NCBI GenBank assembly: GCA_038891035.1
Contig: JAWAEW010000004.1
Coordinates: 4,728 to 68,727, forward strand
DNA from: Candidatus Anstonellaceae archaeon
GTDB taxonomy: Archaea > Micrarchaeota > Micrarchaeia > Anstonellales > Anstonellaceae
DNA: 64,000 nucleotides
Direction: 5' to 3'
A model generated the notes under the pieces. That model saw nothing but the letters and a program-made list of their open reading frames with translations, was not told where the DNA came from and did not search any database. Of the stretch, positions 35,051-45,002 are shown piece by piece. Position 1 is the stretch's first letter. Each line of letters opens with the position of its first letter. The translations under genes were made by a program, and so were the position numbers.

Positions 35051-35467
35051 TTATTTGCCAATTTTGTCTGCTGCAATATGCGAGGCCACCCCAACAAATG
35101 CGGCAAGGCCTTCTTGCCAACCAAACAGCGCAAAGCCTGCGGCAAAACAAACCAAGGCAAAAATTAAAGTGTGCGTAATCCCCCTGTGCCTTGGCCTGAA
35201 AAGCACCCATGCAGCCCATGTCCCTGCCAAAAGCAAAAAAGCAACCAGCAAGCTTCTAAACATCAACCCTAATGCAATTGCTACAAGCACAAGGAAAAGG
35301 CGCATTATTTGAGAAATCTTGCTTGAGTCCAGGTCAATGTCTGGCAAAAGCGAAAAAAATCCGGAAATTGCGCAGATGCTGGCAAGCTTCCAGCCATCTG
35401 CTCTAAGCAACCACCCTAAAGCTGCACCGGCTACCAAACCAAAAAGAAGATGAGCCTGCCATTTCAC
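35051..35467 (-). CDS. membrane-bound metal-dependent hydrolase, YdjM/DUF457 family
   Basis: Begins ..HLLFG.., then ..LLPDIDL..S, ..RHRGITHTL.. and ..ASHIAAD.., all typical DUF457 blocks. Confidence 0.7.
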   Translation of the reverse strand: MKWQAHLLFGLVAGAALGWLLRADGWKLASICAISGFFSLLPDIDLDSSKISQIMRLFLVLVAIALGLMFRSLLVAFLLLAGTWAAWVLFRPRHRGITHTLIFALVCFAAGFALFGWQEGLAAFVGVASHIAADKIGK

Positions 35468-35476
35468 TCAAAACCC

Positions 35477-35998
35477 TCAGTACTGCAAGCTTTTAACAAA
35501 CCTCCTAAAGTGTTGCAAATAGCGCCTCATGTGGTGTTCTTGTTCAGATTGCGACATTTTTGCAAGCTCATAAGAAAGCCTCATAATTTCATAGTATGCC
35601 TCACCAAAGGCGGCATCTGAAGTTATTTCATCTTGGCTTGCTATTGAGGTTGCCTCGCACAGGTCGGCCAAATACTTAAGCTGCTCCAAAGCCTCTCTCC
35701 CTTTTTTAGTCAGCTTTAGGTGCTTCCTTGCTTTCAAGCGCTTTCGGATTGCAGAAAAAAGCATGACAAGATAATAGTATATTTGGTGCAAAATCGTCAT
35801 TTTGGTTTCTGTCTGCCGCTGGACCGTAAGATCCACAACTATTGGTGCATAGGTTTCCTGCGGAACTATAAGAAGCGCCTCTGCTTTGGGATCAACAAAG
35901 CGTTCATCCATCAACCTGCCAAACTGGTGCCTTCTCCTTTCAACTGGTCCTTCTGGCTTTTTGAGAATTGGCTGAGGCTCCTGGAAAATCTGTTCCAT
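35477..35998 (-). CDS. hypothetical protein (173 aa, one TM)
   Basis: The ORF has coherent coding character. No domain recognised. Confidence 0.5.
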   Translation of the reverse strand: MEQIFQEPQPILKKPEGPVERRRHQFGRLMDERFVDPKAEALLIVPQETYAPIVVDLTVQRQTETKMTILHQIYYYLVMLFSAIRKRLKARKHLKLTKKGREALEQLKYLADLCEATSIASQDEITSDAAFGEAYYEIMRLSYELAKMSQSEQEHHMRRYLQHFRRFVKSLQY

Positions 35999-36029
35999 AC
36001 TGGTCGCTGCTTTTATTTTTGTGTCAAGA

Positions 36030-36038
36030 TTTATATAA
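36030..36038 (+). promoter_or_regulatory. TATA box for the A+T-rich three-gene block
   Basis: tttatataa is centred about 28 nt upstream of the ATG at 36062, a spacing typical of leaderless archaeal transcripts. Confidence 0.5.
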
Positions 36039-36061
36039 TTGATTTTTCACGAAATACACTT

Positions 36062-39000
36062 ATGTTCAAACAAGAAGACACCTCTGTCTATTTTTCTAAA
36101 ACAACCACACCATATTACTTTACTAGCCTAAACAACTATAAGGAAACACTTAAGGGAACTTCTAATATAACCATCGGCTTAATTAAAGTAAAAGAAGGAA
36201 CTCTCAAAGAGATTCTCCAGCTACGTAATTCGTTTGGTTTTACAGAAGATCAAATCAAATCTTTGGTACCTTTTGGGACTCCTGATAGATCTGCTCCAAC
36301 AAACATAATTGAAAGCAAAGATTATCTTTTACAAAAATATGGCGATTCCTACAGGATTTTTAAAAAAAATGTAGATCCTGTAGAAAGCCTCCAAAATGCG
36401 CTTTCTCCTTGGCAGATAAAAATAGATAAAGATGTTGCATCTCAAATCGTCAACAACTTAATTTCTACAAAAGGAAAAGATTATTCAATAGGCGTTCAAT
36501 CAAATGGTAAGGATTATGTACTTCGCTTCTCTTCTTTAAGTAATGGAACAACTTATTCTCTAAGTGTTTTTGAAACAAATATCCTCACAGAACAAATGCG
36601 AACTGAGATTGTTTCAAACTTTGAAAATTTTGAAAATCACTATAACTCAAATCCTGATTTCAAGAAGAAATGGGATAACTTTGCTTTGCTTAGGCCATTT
36701 CTTGTTGAAAAGATTATCACAGGAATGCAAAGTGAGATAAGAGAAATTTTTAGAACTTTTTCAGAAGGTCTTAATCATCACATCATTGCTGAGATCAACA
36801 AACCAATAATAACTGAAGGAATCGTTGGTTATGAACAAAAGAATTTGAACCTAAAAAGCAATGGTAATTACTATGATATTGAGTTTTTGTCTTCACCAAA
36901 TATTAAAGCTTTTGAAAATGATCTAAAAAAATATGGATTCAAAGAAGACGAAATCAAAAAAGCCAAAAAGCTTGACGAAACCACTATTTATTACCTCAAT
37001 AATAGACCCTATCGTTATTACAAGCACGGTTATTATGAAATAAGAAACGACGGTCAAAGTTCATTTATTGCACAAAGGACAAAGGACGGAGAATATGAGC
37101 TTATCTTAAGGATTAAGAAATCATACCTGGATGATAACAAGACCCTTAAACTGGGGGACTGGACTATTAGCAAGGCACAAAAAGATAGTGCAACCTTGAA
37201 AATCCCAATTTACGGCCAAAAAGAGGAACCTAACTTTTTCAAAAAGAACATTGAGGCCTACACACTTTATATTAGACCTTTAGATCCTAACTCAATCAAG
37301 CAGCTAGAGAAAGAAGGTGTAATATTTGAAGGAGAAGATCTAAAAACAATTGAACAGCTCTTATACAACTTATTAAAACCTTCTATGTTCGATTATTTAT
37401 TAAGAAATAAGATCAAAACCGCAATCTCAAACATTAAAGATCCAAAATACGGCTTTTGGGATATTGATAGTGGTGATTCTAGATTACAGATTAAAAAAAT
37501 AGAACAGGGTAGAAAATTCCAAATAATAGATAAGCTTTTAATAGGAAAACAAATCGAAAATGGAAGGCTTATAGGAAGCTTCCAATATAATGTTTCAGAA
37601 AAAAACGGCCGCGTCTGGCTTTCAACCTATCGTTATAGCGGGCTTTACTATTTAGATCCTTATGCTATTGGAATGTTTTCTACTGCTGTCAAAGGATTTG
37701 TAGAAGGATTAAGCGGAATAGTTACAGATCCTATTGAATTTTTCTTACCTTTTTTGAAAAGACCAAATGCTGTTGTCGAAAATGCAGTAAAGAACCCTAC
37801 GCCTGAAAATATACGAAATGCAGCTTTCGCGTTGGATATGTGGATGGTAGATTCACTCTTGACATCAACAGGATATGGTATAGTTATAAGCAAGGCCGCT
37901 TTAAAAGTTGTTGGACGGAGCCTTTCAAAAGCAACCTTAAGAAAGTTAGGTGAAAAGATAACTAATGGGGGTATAATAGATAATCTTGCAAACCACCATG
38001 ATGAAATCTTCAAAATTTTGATGGATACCAATCTAAAAAATGGGTCGTCAGTAGATAATATAATAATCAAGTACGTCGGCGAGGATATATATCGTAAAGA
38101 TCCAATCCAAGCGATCCAGAAGTTTTTTGATTCTCCTGACCCTCTTTTGATGCCTTTGAAAAGAGAAGTAGCAGAAGCACTCGGTGTCGACCTCACATTT
38201 TCTAATCTTGCCAAAGGAGCTGCAACAGCTGTATCTAAAACTGTGACTAATGTTGAAAGATATGCAAAACCCCTCCATCATTATTTAGACGATTGGACAG
38301 AACACGTCGCACAAAAGTTGCTTAGCGTTGACAAGCAAGAGTTTTTACAGATAGACTTCTTACCTTCTATTCAGTCATCCCTTGAGAAACTTCTAAAAAA
38401 TAAACTGCAGAATCTAAAGATTGATATCAGCGAAATTTTGTCAAGAAAAGAAGTTCTTGATGCGTATGAAAAAGCACTCAATTCTCTAAGTGCAGAAGAT
38501 ATTATAGAATATCTGAATGCAATTAAAAAGGAACTAATCAAAGAACTCAAAAATTTGAAAGCAGATAAAGAAATTATTGACTACGTTGAAAAAGGCATCA
38601 CTTCTCCTCAGATAACAGGCAGGCCATTAGGCTCTGTTGGGCGGAAATTAACTGCGGAAGGTGCTCTCCTAGGTGAAATGTTAGAGGATATCATGCTGAA
38701 AGCGCAAATCAAAAGGCGTCTAATAAGCTCATTAAAAGACATTAGTGAGGAAGAAATCGGCCGTCAGGTAGATAATGTTTGTAAGAACATTAATTCTTGG
38801 AAAAGCAAGGAAGATTACATTAACCAATTCAAACAACATGTCAAAAACCTTGATGGAGTAAGCAAACAAATAATAGATGCAGTAAATTCTCTCAAACCAC
38901 AAGAGATTCAAATCATTCCCATGGGTGCTCTTGTTTCAAAACAAGCAATTAAAAAAACTAAAAATTTACCCAGTAGTAGTGGAAAGCCTCAATTCCTCAA

Positions 39001-40084
39001 TAGTATTCAAGATGCAAAAGACTCATACTCAATCCATATGTTTGGGGATGAACAAATCCTGCTTGGCTCACTTGCAAAGAAGGCAGATAAACTCGTCGAC
39101 CTTCCAAACGAAATTATAAAAATGGAAGAATATCTTGCAAGATTCGTAGGCTTAAAAGACAGTCGCATTCTTAGGTTTATGAATGAAGACGATTTTATCT
39201 CCACTTTAAATAAAACTAAATATTCAGAAAAATACAAAGAATATTTAATAAAATCGTTTAAAGACCTTCGAGATCGATATATTCAATATACCTCAGGTAA
39301 TTCTATAAGCGAAGCTTTCTTTATCGATTGCTCTTCCTTTGTTCAAAAAATGAAGAAAGCAAAGAATTTCAATTTCTTGAAGAATAGGAATCGACTGCAA
39401 ACTATTATGCATGAACATCTATTCGATGCGATGAACGCAGTAAACGCTTATACAAGACGCCAAGAACTTATACAAAGTTTCATAAGTAAAATGGATGAGG
39501 CCAAAATTGAATTTAACAAGCAAATAAGAGACAAACTAGAAAAAGGGATAATCTCAGGTGAAGAACTAAAGAAGCTAGAAGATGAGATCATAAATAAGAT
39601 AACTACTAATCAACAGTTGCAGCAAACACTCTCTGAGATCAGGAAACTCTCACTACAAATCGATTCATTTATCAAGGATACCATGTCGTATAAGTTCTTT
39701 AAACTCATGACTGATCTAGAATCATTCAGCAAAGTCGTGTCAGCTGTTATTAAGATCGGCAACTCTATCTTCAAGAGTAGTAAAGAATTTTTCACCTTAA
39801 TAAATAACTATCCCGAGCTTAAGATAACCATTATGGGATTAGTAATGTCAGAATATATAGAAGCATTATCGCAAAAAAAAGTCCCCCCAATTGACGATCT
39901 CATCAGAAATGCAAACGGACAAGTTTCCTCTCCAACTATCCTAAATAAACGCGGAGCCAAATCTACAATACCAGAAGAATTGGAAACTCCAGAAGAATTG
40001 GAAACTAAAAATTCAGGTCAAGGTGAATCGAAAAGAATAGATATAGATCCCAATCAGAATAAATATCTAAAACCAGATTTTTAA
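36062..40084 (+). CDS. orphan giant protein (1340 aa), N/K/I/E-rich, Cys-poor, no signal peptide
   Basis: The ORF-track start at 35720 lies inside the opposite-strand gene, so the ATG at 36062 (MFKQEDTSVYF..) is used. A central hydrophobic patch lies near 37641-37910. An 18-nt perfect tandem repeat occurs near the 3' end. Confidence 0.8.
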   Translation: MFKQEDTSVYFSKTTTPYYFTSLNNYKETLKGTSNITIGLIKVKEGTLKEILQLRNSFGFTEDQIKSLVPFGTPDRSAPTNIIESKDYLLQKYGDSYRIFKKNVDPVESLQNALSPWQIKIDKDVASQIVNNLISTKGKDYSIGVQSNGKDYVLRFSSLSNGTTYSLSVFETNILTEQMRTEIVSNFENFENHYNSNPDFKKKWDNFALLRPFLVEKIITGMQSEIREIFRTFSEGLNHHIIAEINKPIITEGIVGYEQKNLNLKSNGNYYDIEFLSSPNIKAFENDLKKYGFKEDEIKKAKKLDETTIYYLNNRPYRYYKHGYYEIRNDGQSSFIAQRTKDGEYELILRIKKSYLDDNKTLKLGDWTISKAQKDSATLKIPIYGQKEEPNFFKKNIEAYTLYIRPLDPNSIKQLEKEGVIFEGEDLKTIEQLLYNLLKPSMFDYLLRNKIKTAISNIKDPKYGFWDIDSGDSRLQIKKIEQGRKFQIIDKLLIGKQIENGRLIGSFQYNVSEKNGRVWLSTYRYSGLYYLDPYAIGMFSTAVKGFVEGLSGIVTDPIEFFLPFLKRPNAVVENAVKNPTPENIRNAAFALDMWMVDSLLTSTGYGIVISKAALKVVGRSLSKATLRKLGEKITNGGIIDNLANHHDEIFKILMDTNLKNGSSVDNIIIKYVGEDIYRKDPIQAIQKFFDSPDPLLMPLKREVAEALGVDLTFSNLAKGAATAVSKTVTNVERYAKPLHHYLDDWTEHVAQKLLSVDKQEFLQIDFLPSIQSSLEKLLKNKLQNLKIDISEILSRKEVLDAYEKALNSLSAEDIIEYLNAIKKELIKELKNLKADKEIIDYVEKGITSPQITGRPLGSVGRKLTAEGALLGEMLEDIMLKAQIKRRLISSLKDISEEEIGRQVDNVCKNINSWKSKEDYINQFKQHVKNLDGVSKQIIDAVNSLKPQEIQIIPMGALVSKQAIKKTKNLPSSSGKPQFLNSIQDAKDSYSIHMFGDEQILLGSLAKKADKLVDLPNEIIKMEEYLARFVGLKDSRILRFMNEDDFISTLNKTKYSEKYKEYLIKSFKDLRDRYIQYTSGNSISEAFFIDCSSFVQKMKKAKNFNFLKNRNRLQTIMHEHLFDAMNAVNAYTRRQELIQSFISKMDEAKIEFNKQIRDKLEKGIISGEELKKLEDEIINKITTNQQLQQTLSEIRKLSLQIDSFIKDTMSYKFFKLMTDLESFSKVVSAVIKIGNSIFKSSKEFFTLINNYPELKITIMGLVMSEYIEALSQKKVPPIDDLIRNANGQVSSPTILNKRGAKSTIPEELETPEELETKNSGQGESKRIDIDPNQNKYLKPDF
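39971..40006 (+). repeat. perfect 18-nt tandem duplication (ccagaagaattggaaact x2) encoding PEELET-PEELET
   Basis: Read directly: 39971-39988 equals 39989-40006. Confidence 0.9.
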
Positions 40085-40125
40085 ATATTGATTGAAATAT
40101 TGAATAAATGTGAAGAGGTGTTCAT

Positions 40126-42666
40126 ATGAATCAAAACACACAACAAAAATCTGTCAATCATATTGATGAATTTAATAGATATGCCAATTGGTGTATGTCC
40201 TTTTCTACTAAATATGGCAATTCTTTCAGGAAAGAAGGAGACAATATTGAAATAGTTGATAACAGAACTGAAAGCAATAAAATACAGATAACAAAAAAAG
40301 AAATCGGAGACTTATTTTATAATTTCAAGCAAGTCAAATATCATTTTGACCAACTTACCAAACAAGGTCTAAATAACGAAGAAATCAAGGAGTTATTCTC
40401 TACTCTAGAACTATGGAAGTATTTCTTCTTTGGCAACCTACCGTGGGATACTGATCACAAAGCCAAAGATGTAATTTCCTCATTTCAAAACATGAAAGAT
40501 CTTTTTATGTATAAAACTTGGGTAACAGAATTCAAAGGTGCAAAAAATGACCAAGACAAAATAAATCTTTGGTACAATATCAAAAAGGTTTTCAACTTGG
40601 CAGATAAGCATGTGAAGGATAAAAACTCTACTGTTGAATCTCTCTCTAATCAAGTCTATAATGATATAATTAAAGATGTTGAGAAAATCAAAAATAGATA
40701 TTTTAAAGGTCTTGATTTAAACACATTACATAATGAGAAAGAAAAAATCATAGATTCATATAATAAATCCGTAATAGCTTCTTCTCCGACAAGCAAAAAG
40801 ACCAATCAACCAGCACCCTCAAATATAGTGCTAACAGCAGAGCAAATATACAAACAAAATAAATACCTCCAAGCAGCAGCAACAGTCGATTTCGATAATG
40901 CCCCAAATGCAACAAGAAGACTCTTGGTTTCATCAGGTCTTCTTACTGAAGAACAGTTGGAAAAACCAAATGAGACCATTCAAGCAATATTTACTTCGTT
41001 TTATACCATGAAGCTTGTTAGAGAAGAAAACGCTACAAAAAAGACGATACAACTTCTCAAATCCATCATGGAAAAGGACGGGGTTGAAATCACCCCGGAA
41101 AACATCCTCAAATATCTATGGAACGAACAAGAACAAAGATCAAGGCTTGCCGAAGCGATGGTAGGCCAGCAAATTGGCGATAAAAAAGTAAGTCAAGGGA
41201 ATGCAAAGTGGTGGGAAGGCATATTTAAGATAGTCTATGAGCGTTCTGGGGCAACTCAAGTGCAAGTTCCGACTCTCCAAAGTGAGCATAATGCTCTTCT
41301 TCGCCAGGCAGAAGAGCTCATTAACAATGCAACAGACTACCAAAAACAGCAGCCAGCATTCCAGTCGCTCACTACAGTCTATCAAGCAAATAAAAATTTA
41401 GCTCCAGCAGACATTACAAAAGAGACGAACAATGCACTCAAGAATGCGATTGAAGAAGCCAAAAAGGTCCCACTTTCTCCTGAACAGAAGTTAGGGGCCC
41501 AGCCAAAGCGCGGTCTTTATTCCTACAAAAACGAATTTGCCAACATAAATCATCCATTGGCAAAACATCTCCACGAAGAGTTACAAAAAAATGCAGACTA
41601 TCTTTCAGTCATAGCATCATCTCTGTACGGAAAGATAGACCAAGAAAGTAGGATAGCAGCGTCTATACTAGCAGAAGATTATGTAAATGCAGTCAAGTCA
41701 AACATTGAATTTTTTGCAAAGTTTTACGACCAGTCAAAGACTTTCGGAGAGAATGTAGTTCAATATTACAGAAATCTTCAAGTATTAGATTTGATTTCAT
41801 TGCTTGGAAAAAGAGTGCCAATTGATAATCAAGGCAATACCGCACTTTATACTACAACAAGCTATTTCATTGACAGGGGATATATAAAGAAAGAAGGTGA
41901 AAAATTTATTACAACAGATGACGCCCCGCAATTGCTTAAAAATATGATGAAAAGAGGATCTTGGGTAGGAACCGCAGAGCAAATACTAAATCAAGACGCA
42001 TTTGGGATCCTTGCGTATTTTGGGCTTGCGACTATTGACAAGAAAGGCAAAGTGAGTCTGGATGAAGCAGCATTAAATAAGCTCTCCAACGAAGAGCAAG
42101 AGATACTAAAGAACTTTGTAAATAAGTACAACTCTGACAAAACAGGTGCAATATACGAAAGTGAGCCAGGCAAGTCTTCACCCGCAGAAGTTATGGTTAA
42201 GCTTGTAAGGAGTCACATGCATTCCATTTCAACCCAGACAGGAACCGAAACACAAACCAAAAATGAAACCCCACCACAAGGAGGCCAACAAGGAAAGCAA
42301 AAGAAAGAACCGAACACATCGCCCTCTACTGGAGAGAAAGAGTCTATCTCAGGTGACGGGTGGTTCTATGGGTATCTTTATAGGTATAATAATGAGCTTG
42401 CAAACATTCCAGAGCTGAAGAATGTGCATGATATATTAAGTAATCAGTGGAATGAGTTGGTTAATGAAATCGTTAAGCTCAAAAATGAACCCACATATAC
42501 ACATGTTCAAGGCGTGGATGCGGATGAGATTATAAGACAAGGTGTATCTAGTCTTGGCAAGGTGTATGCTCTTCTCGACAAAGATTCAAAAGACCGTCTT
42601 AAAACGTTCGGACCAGGAGAGCTAGCGTCGTTCTTTGTTCTTAATTATGTAAAAGAAGGTAATTAA
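40126..42666 (+). CDS. orphan large protein (846 aa), Q/N/K-rich, one Cys, no signal peptide
   Basis: GAGGTG Shine-Dalgarno-like site 7 nt upstream of the ATG. No recognisable domain. A low-complexity T/Q/G/K linker lies near aa 700-740. Confidence 0.8.
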   Translation: MNQNTQQKSVNHIDEFNRYANWCMSFSTKYGNSFRKEGDNIEIVDNRTESNKIQITKKEIGDLFYNFKQVKYHFDQLTKQGLNNEEIKELFSTLELWKYFFFGNLPWDTDHKAKDVISSFQNMKDLFMYKTWVTEFKGAKNDQDKINLWYNIKKVFNLADKHVKDKNSTVESLSNQVYNDIIKDVEKIKNRYFKGLDLNTLHNEKEKIIDSYNKSVIASSPTSKKTNQPAPSNIVLTAEQIYKQNKYLQAAATVDFDNAPNATRRLLVSSGLLTEEQLEKPNETIQAIFTSFYTMKLVREENATKKTIQLLKSIMEKDGVEITPENILKYLWNEQEQRSRLAEAMVGQQIGDKKVSQGNAKWWEGIFKIVYERSGATQVQVPTLQSEHNALLRQAEELINNATDYQKQQPAFQSLTTVYQANKNLAPADITKETNNALKNAIEEAKKVPLSPEQKLGAQPKRGLYSYKNEFANINHPLAKHLHEELQKNADYLSVIASSLYGKIDQESRIAASILAEDYVNAVKSNIEFFAKFYDQSKTFGENVVQYYRNLQVLDLISLLGKRVPIDNQGNTALYTTTSYFIDRGYIKKEGEKFITTDDAPQLLKNMMKRGSWVGTAEQILNQDAFGILAYFGLATIDKKGKVSLDEAALNKLSNEEQEILKNFVNKYNSDKTGAIYESEPGKSSPAEVMVKLVRSHMHSISTQTGTETQTKNETPPQGGQQGKQKKEPNTSPSTGEKESISGDGWFYGYLYRYNNELANIPELKNVHDILSNQWNELVNEIVKLKNEPTYTHVQGVDADEIIRQGVSSLGKVYALLDKDSKDRLKTFGPGELASFFVLNYVKEGN

Positions 42667-42667
42667 A

Positions 42668-44986
42668 ATGTCAAACGGTCAAAAAATCATTATGCCAGAG
42701 CAACAATTCAAGCAGCAACATACCGACCCAATTTCTCTCATAAATGAGCTTCTTGAAGCCAAAACAAAAGAGCAAATGCTTAGTATTTTTTCGAAATACA
42801 GCAAAAATCTTAATATTAGCGATCTGCTAGAAATAAGTAACATTTTATCAGAAAATGTTGATATAAATCAAATTAAGTTGCATCTAATGAGTCTTAAATC
42901 TCGCATTTCAATAGCCCGGATTTCATCAACGAACCAAAACACTTCTGTTCAACAACCAACATCTAATGAATTTAAACTTCCGTCTTCCGAATTTTTCAGG
43001 GAAATATGGACACGCTATCGCCTTGGTTTACCTCTTTTTGAAGCATCATTGTGGACAAAATATTTTTTGATGTCAGGAGTTATACCTTCGCCTTATAATC
43101 CATCTAGTTTATCTCTCAGAAGACAAAATTCTCTTTTTATAGGAAGTTGGCTGCTCCGTCAAGAATATGAACCAATTCCAGAATGGGCCAGACGATTGTT
43201 TCTCTCCCCTCCATCAGTTGCTGAAAATCCAACTGGATTTGAGGCCACTTTTGGTTATAAAAATTTAACATTTTCCTCAATTGATAAAGAAGGGAACATA
43301 GGCGAACCATCTACATCTCCAATCAACGAACTTTTATTGGATCTTACTGTGTCAGGTTTAGGTGTTTCAAAGAATGTAATAATCAATAAACTTAATCTAA
43401 CTACAGGTTATTATCAAAAAGTTGACGCGCAAACTTCCGCAGAACTTGACCTATTGTTTAAGCAAGACGAAAATAAAATTGTCGGAAGGACATTCGTTTT
43501 TCTTGAAAACAAGCGCTGGGGGTTTGCCCAGGGATACTACAAGGATGAAACTGGTTGGTATGCTTTGAATGCCTATATGCAAGATGGAAAAATACTTTAT
43601 GGCGATGCTGCCGGCTATGTTGATCTTGAGAGTATAAGAGCAGCAGCGAATTATAAAAAAATTGGTCCAAACGATCTTTTCGTCACAGTTATAGAGGTTC
43701 CTCAGACGGAATCTTCAGTTGCTATACAAAAAACACCTCATTATAAGGAAGCCGTTGCTGAGCAGAAAGTTTTAGATAAGGTTTCAGTAAGCTTTGGTTA
43801 TTTTGAGACTTCGCCAGGTTTCTTTGCTTCAAATAAGATAAACGAAGCAAAAGGCATAACCTTTGGGGGTGGCACTGATGCTTGGCGTGGTTCAATTTAT
43901 CTTGCCACAGAAGATAAAGACAAAATAAAGCACCTCAATATAATTGGGCTTTCAGCAGCAATTCAAAAGAAAACCTATCTTTCCATTTTTCTCAGAGGAA
44001 ACAACAATGGCAAACTTACTCACGCGAATACCAGTCTTTCCACTTCATTCAATATTTCAGATGATGTAGAGCTATCAACCTCAATAAATCAGATATTCAC
44101 TGATGAAGGAAAGCTAAAGACCAAAGGTTCAATTCAGCTATTTTTAGGTTCTGGTCAAGATAAATCAAGGATAGGAATTGGTTATGATGACGTCACCGCA
44201 CAAGATTTTTTCAAAAAAACAGATGATCTTATCTGGCGGGCTAGATACGTTCACGATATCCCCACTCTTCTTACGCAGCTTTCTAATTTTCTTGAGGAGG
44301 AGATTCATCCCCGGGCCCCATATCCAAAATACCAAGTCGAAATCGAGAACAATTTTCTTGGAGGCACGCTTACCATAAGCAATAATGGCATAAGTTTTAC
44401 TCATAAGAAAACCAACACAAATGTCGCAGTTTTCACCGAAAATCTGAAAAATCTCGACAAACTACAGTTTAGTGATCTTAAAGTTGCATTAAGCAATAAT
44501 AATTTCTCTGCGATACTCGACAAGGAGGGAGTTGATGTAGGTATAAAAAATGTGGATATTGGGAGTGTTGAAATTCCAACAATAGCAGGCCAGATTACTG
44601 TTGGAAAGAAGGGAAGTCGTCTGAAACTTCTCATCCATCAAAAAGACCACGGAATTGGACTTGGTGCAGGCGTAGTGCCGCTGACCTTTATTGTTCAAAA
44701 TGAGCGAATTAATGTTAATAACGCTAATATCGGTGATTCCTATAGTCAAGTTAAGGTTAAGTTTGGTACATTTGAGTATAATATTTCTAATGACAGTGTT
44801 AAATTTTCTATCAACACTACTTCTATCCCTATTAGTGGTAATAGCATTTTTGTATTTAGTACTTCATTTGGGGGTGTTAAAGATATTGGAGGATGGAAGT
44901 TGGAGTTTGGTGGAAAGCTCTCTTTCTTGGGTTACAAAAATCAGCGGGATACTAATATTTTTTTGACTTTTGGGCTAAAACAATGA
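42668..44986 (+). CDS. orphan large protein (772 aa), Cys-free by my reading, C-terminal half strongly beta-strand patterned
   Basis: Starts 1 nt after the upstream stop. Alternating hydrophobic/polar strands run from about 43780 to the end (..RIGIGYDD.., ..QVKVKFGTFEYNIS.., ..WKLEFGGKLSFLGY.., ..NIFLTFGLKQ). Confidence 0.8.
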   Translation: MSNGQKIIMPEQQFKQQHTDPISLINELLEAKTKEQMLSIFSKYSKNLNISDLLEISNILSENVDINQIKLHLMSLKSRISIARISSTNQNTSVQQPTSNEFKLPSSEFFREIWTRYRLGLPLFEASLWTKYFLMSGVIPSPYNPSSLSLRRQNSLFIGSWLLRQEYEPIPEWARRLFLSPPSVAENPTGFEATFGYKNLTFSSIDKEGNIGEPSTSPINELLLDLTVSGLGVSKNVIINKLNLTTGYYQKVDAQTSAELDLLFKQDENKIVGRTFVFLENKRWGFAQGYYKDETGWYALNAYMQDGKILYGDAAGYVDLESIRAAANYKKIGPNDLFVTVIEVPQTESSVAIQKTPHYKEAVAEQKVLDKVSVSFGYFETSPGFFASNKINEAKGITFGGGTDAWRGSIYLATEDKDKIKHLNIIGLSAAIQKKTYLSIFLRGNNNGKLTHANTSLSTSFNISDDVELSTSINQIFTDEGKLKTKGSIQLFLGSGQDKSRIGIGYDDVTAQDFFKKTDDLIWRARYVHDIPTLLTQLSNFLEEEIHPRAPYPKYQVEIENNFLGGTLTISNNGISFTHKKTNTNVAVFTENLKNLDKLQFSDLKVALSNNNFSAILDKEGVDVGIKNVDIGSVEIPTIAGQITVGKKGSRLKLLIHQKDHGIGLGAGVVPLTFIVQNERINVNNANIGDSYSQVKVKFGTFEYNISNDSVKFSINTTSIPISGNSIFVFSTSFGGVKDIGGWKLEFGGKLSFLGYKNQRDTNIFLTFGLKQ

Positions 44987-45002
44987 TCTTAAACGCTTTC
45001 AA

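Noticed and set aside
35720-36061. The N-terminal 114 codons of the ORF-track version of the 1454-aa protein (GTG start at 35720).
   Set aside because: This extension is antisense to the well-formed minus-strand gene 35477-35998. A TATA box at 36030-36038 followed by the ATG at 36062 gives a much better start.
37660-38214. 184-aa minus-strand ORF, and many 60-170-aa antisense ORFs inside the giant genes (for example 9934-10449, 18880-19332, 7896-8216).
   Set aside because: Long stop-free antisense frames are expected in compositionally biased giant genes. None has a promoter, a Shine-Dalgarno site or a motif.
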